From the IMG/VR virus record IMGVR_UViG_3300005098_000046, positions 1 to 62,898 of that record: a stretch of DNA of 62,898 nucleotides. The stretch is one strand, 5' to 3'. The DNA is from a virus. Its lineage: Duplodnaviria; Caudoviricetes. The notes beneath the pieces were generated by a model. It saw only the letters and a program-made list of their open reading frames with translations. It had not been told where the DNA came from and did not search any database. The position numbers were made by a program, and so were the translations under genes. The stretch's first letter is position 1. The number at the start of each line of letters is the position of its first letter. Below are positions 18,598 through 26,672 of this stretch, piece after piece.

Positions 18598-20241
18598 ATG
18601 GTTCGCGTCACGATTGAAGGCCCGGCAGAAACGAAGGTCGTGGAAGCGATGCCGAAGCAAACCGGCATAGTTGGCGAGCGGCGCGTAGTACATAAGCGCA
18701 GCCGGTACCACGTGATAAATGTCGGCGATGATAGTCCGCTATGCAAGCCCCGTATTGGATACGAGGATTGGCGCGGGTCATGGGATGAGCCGGCGCTTAC
18801 GTGGGGGCCGCTGCTGTCATACGTATGGCCGACGGCACGAAAGAACTTCTCGCTTGATACGTTGGATATGCTGGCGGCGATGCAGTACCCGCTGCTGTGC
18901 ACTACCAGCCGGCGAGAGGCAGAAGCCGGCTTCGATAGAGTGCTGCGGCGCTATGCGGAAGAAGTCGGGGCTATCGTGGGGCTTACCGAAGGCGAAACGC
19001 CGGCCGCTTGCTGGAATGCTGGTCTGTGGCTGGCCAGCAGCGACTATGTGGCGCTTGTAGACGATGCTTCGCGGCTTGACCCGGCTGCTATTAAAGAATG
19101 GGCTTCCAGCTACAGTGAACTGGTGCGCCGCTTTGACGGCGCGGTGATTGTCCATGCTGCCATAGCTGCGCTGGTGAACGGCTTCCGCGCCGGCGAAACA
19201 GCAGACGAGTTTTCGGCGCGTGTGCGGGCTTTAGCGTCAAGTGGCGCCGCGCGGCGCGTGGTGCATATTTTGCCGCATCTGAATGCGCGAGGCGCGCAGG
19301 TTGTAGCCCTGCGGCTTATGCGCGCCATAGACGCAGACCATACAGTGCTCGCGGAGCGGCCAAGCGGCGAGCTTGCCGCTGAGTTTTTGCGCGTGGCGAA
19401 GGTGCGCGCTTGGTCAGAAGGCCAGCAGGCTCTCGCCGAAGCAGACGTGGTGCATTTCCACTGGGCTGGCTGGCGGCCGGCGGAAGGCTTGCCAGACGAA
19501 GCGCTGCTTGTCACCGAACATCTGCTGAACCGCCGATACGCGGCCTACATGAGCGGCGGGCGCTGCATTGTACCGTGGCGCTGCCGAAGGCCACGCAACA
19601 TCGGCGTCTTGCCGGAGGAGTTTCGGCCACCGCGCGTGGAGATAGCAAACCCGGTGGTGGAGGAGCTGCCGCGCGACGGCATGGAAAGACAGCTGCCAGA
19701 CAGCTTCGTGCTCGGCGTGACATCCGCCGAGGAATACAAAGGCATACGCGAGTGGCTTGCCGTTGCTGAAAAAGCCGGCCGCAAGTATGGCATGTCGTTT
19801 GTGCTATGCGGTCCGCGCCGGGGCGAGTCTTGCTGGACGCTGGTCGAGAACCGCATGGCTGAACTGCGCAAGGCTGGCATTGACGCGCAGTGCCTAGGGT
19901 ATGTCCCGCACGATGAACTTGCAGGTTTATACCACAAGGCGTTTGCGCTGTTGCACATGTCGCGCACCGAGAGCGCCGGGCTCGTCTTGATTGAAGCCCA
20001 GCAGCACGGCGTGCCGGTGGTGGCAACAGCGGTTGGCGGTGCGACCCAGCACGTGTATAACGGGGCCGTGGTTACCGTTGGCGATGTAAACGGCGCAGTG
20101 AAGGCACTGCGTGAAATGATGCCTATGGACTATAATGGTTCCTGTGGTGCTGTATTGCAGAAGGCAATGAAAAAGCACCAGCATTCAGCAGAGCTATATG
20201 CGGCGGCCTACAACATCACTGCGGGAGGCGCTCATCAATGA
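18598..20241 (+). CDS. Glycosyltransferase: degenerate GT2-like N-part fused to a GT4 (GT-B) domain
   Basis: WNAGLWLASSDYVALVDD; YKG..., LGYVPHDEL, SRTESAGLVLIEAQQHGVPVVATAVGG (EX7E). Confidence 0.88.
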   Translation: MVRVTIEGPAETKVVEAMPKQTGIVGERRVVHKRSRYHVINVGDDSPLCKPRIGYEDWRGSWDEPALTWGPLLSYVWPTARKNFSLDTLDMLAAMQYPLLCTTSRREAEAGFDRVLRRYAEEVGAIVGLTEGETPAACWNAGLWLASSDYVALVDDASRLDPAAIKEWASSYSELVRRFDGAVIVHAAIAALVNGFRAGETADEFSARVRALASSGAARRVVHILPHLNARGAQVVALRLMRAIDADHTVLAERPSGELAAEFLRVAKVRAWSEGQQALAEADVVHFHWAGWRPAEGLPDEALLVTEHLLNRRYAAYMSGGRCIVPWRCRRPRNIGVLPEEFRPPRVEIANPVVEELPRDGMERQLPDSFVLGVTSAEEYKGIREWLAVAEKAGRKYGMSFVLCGPRRGESCWTLVENRMAELRKAGIDAQCLGYVPHDELAGLYHKAFALLHMSRTESAGLVLIEAQQHGVPVVATAVGGATQHVYNGAVVTVGDVNGAVKALREMMPMDYNGSCGAVLQKAMKKHQHSAELYAAAYNITAGGAHQ

Positions 20242-20468
20242 ATCTCGAAGCAGAAGCGAAGCGACTTGATATTGTCGAGCGATTTCGGCAATTAGAGCGA
20301 CGTCGCCAGGCGTTGACGGACCAGATGGCCACGCTTCTCGGCGAATACCTAGCGTTCAAGCAGCAGCTTGACAGCGATGACGATGTTTCAGTTGTCGAAG
20401 ACAAAATCAAGCGCATCAAAGCTGACCTGCAGCGTGGTATCATAGCGGCAGACGTGCAGAAGTCATGA
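20238..20468 (+). CDS. Small coiled-coil protein
   Basis: 76 aa, GGAGG RBS, ATGA overlaps on both sides. Confidence 0.65.
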   Translation: MNLEAEAKRLDIVERFRQLERRRQALTDQMATLLGEYLAFKQQLDSDDDVSVVEDKIKRIKADLQRGIIAADVQKS

Positions 20469-21628
20469 CAACAATCAAGTGGGGTTCATCAACCGGCACT
20501 GGCATTCTGTTGCCGTTCACCGGCAACAGCGCTCTCGACGGCACGCGCATCGTAAATGCGGGCGCGGCGGATGATGATATTGCGCTTGCCTTCAACGAGT
20601 TTGTGCCGGATGCCAACACGCTCGTGGCTTGGCGCATGAATGAAGCCTCGTGGTCGGGGGAGCTCGACGAAGTAGTTGATGCAAGCTCGAACAGTCTGCA
20701 TGGGACCGCCTATAACGGTGCAACGACCGCAACAGGCTGGTTGAACCGGTGTGGGGCTTTCTTGGATGCCGATGGCTTGCAGCATGTTCGTAGCGATGCA
20801 AGCAACCTGCTCAATGGCTTGAACTCATGGTGGATGAGCGCGTGGGCCAAGCCGGTTCAGCGTGCATCGGCCTACGGGCGGTTCGGCGCCATTTTAGCCG
20901 TCAGCCCGCCGGGATCGACGTACCGACTCGCCTTGGCTGTGTGCTGGGATACGACGCCACCGACTGCCGCTGTGGCGACCGAGAGTCCGACGTTCACAAC
21001 GTCAACATCAGTGCCGACGGACCAGTGGACCCACATCGGATTCGAATGGACGGCGGCGGGCACTCTGCGCATATACGTCAATGGCACCGTTGCTGGCGAG
21101 TGGACATCTGCGGTTTGGCAACCGACGCAGGACTTGCACGTGGTCTCAGGCGTCAGCACTCCTGATGCATCCACTATCTATAACCGCTACGTGGGCTATG
21201 CCGATGACGCTGTGCTTGCCACACAAAACCCTTGGGGCGGCGAGTTCTCGCCACATCGATACGAATCCGGCACGGTAACAGCGCAATACGCTTTGGGGAC
21301 ATCTTACCGTCTGACCAATGTGGATTGGTCGGCAACAACTGGCGTGGATTATGGCCAGATAACCAAGGTGGAGGTCTACAGTGGCGGTGCGTGGCTGACG
21401 GTAGCCGAAAATGCCAATGGCCTGACACCGCCGCTGACGGGGCTGGACTATACCGTCACCGGCCCAGACATCGTGCGGCTGACGCTGGTGCCCAAAGCGG
21501 ATACGTTGCAGTCTGAAACTCCTCTTCTTGACTGGGTTGCTGTGGCTACAGAGTCAGCAGGTGGGCACCGCCGGAAGCCACTATTGCTTGGGCGGCATCG
21601 GGGGCCAGGTGCTTGGCAATACACATAG
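20465..21628 (+). CDS. LamG/concanavalin A-like domain virion protein
   Basis: DANTLVAWRMNE, WMSAWAKP, DQWTHIG, LRIYVNG, YVGYADD. Confidence 0.8.
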   Translation: MTTIKWGSSTGTGILLPFTGNSALDGTRIVNAGAADDDIALAFNEFVPDANTLVAWRMNEASWSGELDEVVDASSNSLHGTAYNGATTATGWLNRCGAFLDADGLQHVRSDASNLLNGLNSWWMSAWAKPVQRASAYGRFGAILAVSPPGSTYRLALAVCWDTTPPTAAVATESPTFTTSTSVPTDQWTHIGFEWTAAGTLRIYVNGTVAGEWTSAVWQPTQDLHVVSGVSTPDASTIYNRYVGYADDAVLATQNPWGGEFSPHRYESGTVTAQYALGTSYRLTNVDWSATTGVDYGQITKVEVYSGGAWLTVAENANGLTPPLTGLDYTVTGPDIVRLTLVPKADTLQSETPLLDWVAVATESAGGHRRKPLLLGRHRGPGAWQYT

Positions 21629-21640
21629 GGGCGTTGCGAT

Positions 21641-22591
21641 ATGCCGTTCCAAAAAGGAGTCGCACAACGAATAGGTTTCACGCTAGTTGACAGTGGCGAC
21701 CATTCAACGCCGACTGTGCCGACGAATGCAGCAGCACAAATTAGCAAAGACGGCGCAGCATTCACAGCCACGACCAACTCTGTTGTCTCCGTCGGCAACG
21801 GCTATTGCTATGTTGACCTGACAGCCACAGAAATGGATGCAGACGTAATCTGCCTGCGTGTGACCAGCGACAATTGCGATGAGTATCAAGTAACCATCTA
21901 CCCTGATGCCGACTGGACGGCTGAGCGCGCAAGCTATCTTGACAATATTGCCTTCGGCACTGGTGTGCACAGCGTTGAGCTTGGCGTGAAAGACGATTCG
22001 GGCGACCCGGTGCCGAATGCGCGCGTGACGATAAAGAACATCGGCACGCAGACGACTGGCGCGGATGGGAAATGCCCGGTCGCGTGGGGTCTGGACGCTG
22101 GCACTTACACCGTGACTCTCCAGGCCGGTACGGGTTTCGAGGAAAGCAATCCGTACACGCTGGTTGTTGACAGCAACGGCAACGTTACAACGCCAAGCAA
22201 TGGCTTCTTTGAAGTTACTGCATTGGCGCTGCCGACGCCGAGCAGCCCAGACGGGATAGTATTGTGGAATACAGAAGTCAAGGCGGATGCTGGCGATGTG
22301 CCATTCGGCGACGGCGTCATGCAAGTTCGCGTCTTTGCGATAGACGACAGCGGCCGTGTCGGCTCGCAGCTTGAGCGGTACGTGATAGGCACGTCCACCA
22401 CCACAGATAGCAACGGCCAGTGGAGCATTGAGATAGCCCGCGCTCTTGCCACGGCCGAGTGTGTTATCGAAGTCGAAAAGCAATACACAGATGCTTCTGG
22501 TGTGACGCGAGTGATTCGCGAGCGAGCAACATTGCAAGAACCCACCGGCAGTCAGCTTTGTTGGGCAGACCTGGAGCCTGAACGTATATGA
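21641..22591 (+). CDS. Virion-associated beta-sandwich protein (carboxypeptidase-regulatory-like/Ig-like)
   Basis: ISKDGAAF, VGNGYCYVDLTATEM, GDPVPNARVTI..TTGADG, LDAGTYTV. Confidence 0.6.
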   Translation: MPFQKGVAQRIGFTLVDSGDHSTPTVPTNAAAQISKDGAAFTATTNSVVSVGNGYCYVDLTATEMDADVICLRVTSDNCDEYQVTIYPDADWTAERASYLDNIAFGTGVHSVELGVKDDSGDPVPNARVTIKNIGTQTTGADGKCPVAWGLDAGTYTVTLQAGTGFEESNPYTLVVDSNGNVTTPSNGFFEVTALALPTPSSPDGIVLWNTEVKADAGDVPFGDGVMQVRVFAIDDSGRVGSQLERYVIGTSTTTDSNGQWSIEIARALATAECVIEVEKQYTDASGVTRVIRERATLQEPTGSQLCWADLEPERI

Positions 22592-22894
22592 ATGGGGGAA
22601 ATCACATTGTCTGACAGCACACTCGCACAGCGCGTCGCCGCGCTCGAAGCGCGGCAGAATGGCAACCATGAAAAAATCCGCGACATAGGACAATGCGTTC
22701 AAGAATTGCAAGCAGAAGTCGCGCGTCTCACGGCGCAGATGTCTATTTTGTCGGATACGGTTGCCGAAGTCACAACGAAGGTCTCGTCGCTTGATAGTCG
22801 AGTGTCTGGCATGGCCGTGAAGCTCGGCTTGATAGTCATTATCGGCGGGAGTATTGTGAATGCAGCTATTCTGCATTTCCTGGGAGGCAATTAA
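22592..22894 (+). CDS. Coiled-coil protein with C-terminal TM helix (lysis accessory, XhlA-like)
   Basis: Heptad region followed by LGLIVIIGGSIVNAAILHFL; precedes holin. Confidence 0.55.
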   Translation: MGEITLSDSTLAQRVAALEARQNGNHEKIRDIGQCVQELQAEVARLTAQMSILSDTVAEVTTKVSSLDSRVSGMAVKLGLIVIIGGSIVNAAILHFLGGN

Positions 22895-22895
22895 T

Positions 22896-23234
22896 ATGCA
22901 ACCGGTCTGGGAAACTCTCTTGCGCGTCGTTGTGCAAGCAATAGCGCTGTTGGTCCTGGCGCTTATCGGCGTGCTCGCCAAGCGTTTGTCAGACAAAATC
23001 GGTCGAGAGAATGTCGAGCAGCTCATCGAGCTACTGGTGCTGGCTGCCGAACAGGTCATCGGGGCCGGTCGCGGCGAAGAAAAGAAGCAGTTCGTTCTGC
23101 AGCATCTCCGCGAGCGCCGCATACGCTGGAAGGAGAAGGCCATAGAAGCGGCAATCGAAGCTGCAGTGCGCAAGATGAAAGCAGAAGGGCTTGAAAGCGT
23201 CACCCATCGCGGCCCAGCCGAAGAAGCGGATTAG
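22896..23234 (+). CDS. Holin (LL-H-like)
   Basis: N-terminal TM helix, VLAAEQ, GEEKKQ, IEAAIEAAV; directly upstream of endolysin. Confidence 0.8.
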   Translation: MQPVWETLLRVVVQAIALLVLALIGVLAKRLSDKIGRENVEQLIELLVLAAEQVIGAGRGEEKKQFVLQHLRERRIRWKEKAIEAAIEAAVRKMKAEGLESVTHRGPAEEAD

Positions 23235-23236
23235 CT

Positions 23237-24025
23237 ATGCCGGTGTACACTTCTGGGGAACGGCGAGGGCTACCACGCCCATTATCGCGCAAGCGCGGCC
23301 ACGGTGTGTGGCGCATATTCGGCGAGCCGTGTGCGAAGGACTTCGTGCGCATCCGCGTGCCGGGCCTGCGTCGTTTGTATGTCTGTCACCGCAAGGCGGC
23401 GCCAGTGTTTGAAGCCGCTTTCGCCGAGCTTGAGCGCCAGGGGCTAGAGGACCTTATCGACCCCAAAGACTTCGACGGCTTCTATGCCTGTCGCCGGGTA
23501 AGAGGCGGTGCCAGCTACTCGCCTCACGCTTGGGCGATTGCCTTTGACTACAATGTTCACTGGCTGCACGTTGACGGCAAAGACCGCCGCACGAAGCGCT
23601 GGAATTATAGATGTACGCGCGAAGAGGTCCCGGAGCGCAACGTCTTGCTGGCGCACCGTGTCTTTCTGAAGTTCGGCATGTCGTGCGGCGTCTGGTGGAG
23701 CTTCATGGACCCGATGCATGTGGAGGTAACGGACATCAGCCTGCATATCGTCACCGGCGCGCCGATTGACGAGCGGACGTGGGCGCTGTTCCAGGAGCGC
23801 TTACGCCACGAGCAGCAAAGCAGCGGTCTGCACTGGCGTTACATAGACGGCAAGCCGCTCGTCACAACAACCGAGTCGCCGCCGAAAGTCGTGGTAGAAG
23901 GCCGCATCATTGACGGCCGTGTTTGGGTGCCGGTGCGCAAGCTAATGGAGCCGCTCGGCTATGACGTACTGGCGCACCGACTAAAGCAGGACGGCAAAGT
24001 CTATATCAGGAGGCGACCGCCATGA
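23237..24025 (+). CDS. Endolysin, M15 peptidase with C-terminal copper-amine-oxidase-N-like domain
   Basis: VCHRK, CRRVRGG, SPHAWAIAFD (SxH...D), DPMHVE; C-term IIDGRVWVPVRKLMEPLG. Confidence 0.88.
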   Translation: MPVYTSGERRGLPRPLSRKRGHGVWRIFGEPCAKDFVRIRVPGLRRLYVCHRKAAPVFEAAFAELERQGLEDLIDPKDFDGFYACRRVRGGASYSPHAWAIAFDYNVHWLHVDGKDRRTKRWNYRCTREEVPERNVLLAHRVFLKFGMSCGVWWSFMDPMHVEVTDISLHIVTGAPIDERTWALFQERLRHEQQSSGLHWRYIDGKPLVTTTESPPKVVVEGRIIDGRVWVPVRKLMEPLGYDVLAHRLKQDGKVYIRRRPP

Positions 24026-24231
24026 GTTGGTTCGTGAGGTGGTCGGTGAAGGGGATGTTGCGTGATTTGCTAGAAGACTACGCCGAGCACCAGGTCGATG
24101 AATTGCGCACATACTTGCTCAAGCGTGGCTGGGTAGGTGAAGATGGAGGCTTGCATATCCCAGAGGAAGATGTGGCGCGGTTCATCAAAGACTTCCTGCG
24201 CGGCATCATACACGTCCTACATCACGGATAG
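24022..24231 (+). CDS. Small hypothetical protein
   Basis: AGGAGG RBS, ATGA overlap, 69 aa. Confidence 0.6.
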   Translation: MSWFVRWSVKGMLRDLLEDYAEHQVDELRTYLLKRGWVGEDGGLHIPEEDVARFIKDFLRGIIHVLHHG

Positions 24232-24236
24232 CGCGC

Positions 24237-25592
24237 ATGAAAGTTGGCAAACAGCATATCCTGCAAGGCGACAGCGCGAAGCTGCTGCGCAGCGTGCCCA
24301 AAGATTCGGTATCGGCAATTGTGACCGACCCGCCGTATGGCTGGTCGTTCATGGGCAAAAACTGGGATGCGACGCTCCCGCCGCGAGAGGTTTTCGAGCA
24401 ATGCCTGCGCGTACTGAAGCCAGGCGCGCGGGCATTTATCTTTTGCGGCAACAGAGGCGACACACACTGGCGTATGCTCCAAATGCTGGAAGAAGTCGGC
24501 TTTGACGTGGGGTATCAAGAACTTTGCTGGATATACGCAAGCGGCTTCCCAAAGGGCATCAATTTGAGCAAGCAGCTTGACGGGCTCGTCGGCGCCGAAA
24601 GAGAAGTCGTCGCAGTGCGCCGCAAGCTGTCGTCGTTTACCAGTGACGGCAAAAGTCACTACGGGGTCGGCTATCGCGATTACGACGAAGACATCATCGA
24701 AATATCAAAACCGGCGACAGCCGCTGCTAAGCAGTGGGATGGATGGTATACCGGCCGGCAAGCGCTGAAGCCGGCACACGAGTACATCATTCAAGCCGTG
24801 AAGCCGTTCCGCGGAACGGCGGCGGAAAATGTCTTGCGCCACGGCGCCGGTGCACTGAACATCGACGGCACGCGCTTGCCGACAGATAACCCTACGGGCT
24901 GGCAGGGCGAAACTGGCTTCCGCTACACACACAACTTCAGCAAATATGGCGGCATGAAGCGCAAGAAGAAAGCCCCGCCGCAGAAAAGGAAGTATCACAA
25001 GTTCCAACCGGGCAGCGGGGGCTGGATGGTATCAGCACGCAAGGATGTTGACAGCAGCCATACCGACGAGACATACGTGCCACACGAAAACGGCCGCTTC
25101 CCAGCTACTGTGCTGGCGCAAGGTTGCCCGGACTTCATGCACTTTTTCGACGTAGACGGTTGGGCGGAGCAGCAAAAGTTGCCAAAGGACTGGGCAGATT
25201 TAGCACAGATAGGGATGCTGTATTGCCCGAAGCCTGTGCGCGGCGAGAAGGACGCTGGCTGCGAAGACTTGCCGAAGAAACGCCCCATAACCGACTGGGG
25301 CAAAGACGGCTATGCGCGGCCGAAAAGCGAAGACGAGATGGTCGCGCCGTGTGGCAATTTCCACCCGACAGTGAAGCCGGTGCGGATATGCGCATTCTTG
25401 ATAAAGCTGGGGTGCCCGGAAGACGGCATAGTACTGGACCCGTTTGCAGGCAGCGGCACGACGGCCGTCGCTGCTGAATTACTGGGCATAGCTGGCGTCC
25501 ACATTGAACTGTCGCCCGAATACTATGCCATCATGAAAGCGCGCGTGCGCTGGGCAGAAAAACAACGCGGGGAAGGCCAGAGGAAAGAATAG
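24237..25592 (+). CDS. N4/N6 DNA methyltransferase (beta class)
   Basis: IVTDPPY, LKPAHE, GRFPA, HPTVKP, VLDPFAGSGTT. Confidence 0.95.
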   Translation: MKVGKQHILQGDSAKLLRSVPKDSVSAIVTDPPYGWSFMGKNWDATLPPREVFEQCLRVLKPGARAFIFCGNRGDTHWRMLQMLEEVGFDVGYQELCWIYASGFPKGINLSKQLDGLVGAEREVVAVRRKLSSFTSDGKSHYGVGYRDYDEDIIEISKPATAAAKQWDGWYTGRQALKPAHEYIIQAVKPFRGTAAENVLRHGAGALNIDGTRLPTDNPTGWQGETGFRYTHNFSKYGGMKRKKKAPPQKRKYHKFQPGSGGWMVSARKDVDSSHTDETYVPHENGRFPATVLAQGCPDFMHFFDVDGWAEQQKLPKDWADLAQIGMLYCPKPVRGEKDAGCEDLPKKRPITDWGKDGYARPKSEDEMVAPCGNFHPTVKPVRICAFLIKLGCPEDGIVLDPFAGSGTTAVAAELLGIAGVHIELSPEYYAIMKARVRWAEKQRGEGQRKE

Positions 25593-25624
25593 GGCGCCCA
25601 GCGCTTAACAGCACCGGGCACCCT
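25582..25624 (-). terminator. Intrinsic terminator closing the leftward array
   Basis: Minus RNA AGGGUGCCCGGUGC-UGUUAA-GCGCUGGGCGCCCU then AUUCUUU; 14-bp stem whose three G-U pairs are A-C mismatches on the + strand. Confidence 0.65.
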
Positions 25625-25653
25625 TTCCGATGAGGAGGGTCGGCATGAGAACC
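25582..25653 (-). ncRNA. Predicted anti-TIR small RNA (sRNA1)
   Basis: Contains CAUGCCGACCCUCCUCAUCGG, the antisense of the shared RBS barcode plus AUG, followed by the terminator; ends approximate. Confidence 0.6.
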
Positions 25654-25884
25654 TTAGTCAGTATACCTCACAAGATGCTTGCCTGTCCACAACCACGACT
25701 TGCCAGTAATCTCCATATTGCCATCTCCGTTCTCTTTGCATTCGGCGACGACGTATTCATGCCGGGCTGCGCCGGTATCGCGCAGCCAGCGAACAGCGTC
25801 GCGCCGACTGCTTGCCACATACACTGGCTCGATGTCGTCTTCAAGCCATTTGTGGTGTGGGATGATAAACAGCAAGCGTTTCAC
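25654..25884 (-). CDS. Early-array hypothetical protein
   Basis: GTG start behind GAGGAGGG barcode; 76 aa. Confidence 0.7.
   Translation of the reverse strand: MKRLLFIIPHHKWLEDDIEPVYVASSRRDAVRWLRDTGAARHEYVVAECKENGDGNMEITGKSWLWTGKHLVRYTD
25660..25689 (-). promoter_or_regulatory. Candidate sigma70 promoter for sRNA1
   Basis: TGGACA (25689-25684), 18 nt, TATACT (25665-25660), inside the 3' end of the last array gene. Confidence 0.45.
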
Positions 25885-25980
25885 AGGAACCCCTCCTCGA
25901 AAGATTTGTGGGGACAAAGCCCCCAAGAATGCATTATGCAAGGCAATGCACTCTTGGGGGCCTTGCGGCCCCCTTGCGGG

Positions 25981-26571
25981 CTACTCGCCGCCAGCGTCGG
26001 GCGCTTCGGCGACTTTCCTTTCGCTTTCGCTTTCGTCATCGGAAGATGCGTCGGCGGCTTCTTCGCTGCTTGCCATCGCGCGTAGCGCTGCAGCCATTGC
26101 ATCCAAGCGCTCGTCGTATTTCATGTCAGCATAGTCAAGCGGATTGGGCACGTCGTCAGGCCAGAGCGCATGAACGTCAACGCCAGCAGCAGCTATGGTT
26201 TGAAGTTGCGGGATGGCGTTGCTGATTTCATAAGAGAAGCCGCCCACGATGGCGCTCCGTATACTCTTTGCCTTCTGCGCAAGCACTTCACGTGCGCGGT
26301 CTGGCAAAAGGGCGAGCACTGCTGCTTGCAATGGTACGGGCGCAATGTCGAACGATGTTAGCGCATCGACGATTTGGGCTAGCGTTGCGCTCCCAAAGCG
26401 CTGTATCATGCTTTCGCGCTCTTGAATGGGGACATCGAACCCTTCTTCTTGCATTGCATCGAAGAATACTTGCATCCAGACACGTGTCAGCTCCTGCAGT
26501 GCTTCACCGGCGCGTACAGCAAGCTGCAACTGAGCACCTTCTCGCATCTTGTACGGCAACCCGAAAGCCAT
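25981..26571 (-). CDS. Early-array hypothetical protein, acidic C-terminus
   Basis: 196 aa helical ORF with barcode RBS. Confidence 0.8.
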   Translation of the reverse strand: MAFGLPYKMREGAQLQLAVRAGEALQELTRVWMQVFFDAMQEEGFDVPIQERESMIQRFGSATLAQIVDALTSFDIAPVPLQAAVLALLPDRAREVLAQKAKSIRSAIVGGFSYEISNAIPQLQTIAAAGVDVHALWPDDVPNPLDYADMKYDERLDAMAAALRAMASSEEAADASSDDESESERKVAEAPDAGGE

Positions 26572-26672
26572 TTGGCTCCCTCCTCATCAAAGGATTTTGT
26601 GGAGCACAAAGCTCCCGTGGAAGCACAGCGCAAGCCATGCTTCCACGGGGGCCTTGCGGCCCCCGCAGCAGA

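Noticed and set aside
7477-22591. Diversity-generating retroelement or invertible tail-fibre system
   Set aside because: No reverse transcriptase, invertase or template/variable repeat pair seen
21704-23203. 499-aa minus ORF and similar long antisense ORFs (17697-18902, 60637-61896, 38467-39588)
   Set aside because: Overlap motif-supported + strand genes; shadow frames
25630-26085. + strand ORF using the inverted barcode as its RBS (ATG 25645)
   Set aside because: Antisense to two well-supported genes, runs through a hairpin element and has shadow-like composition; kept only as the alternative to sRNA1
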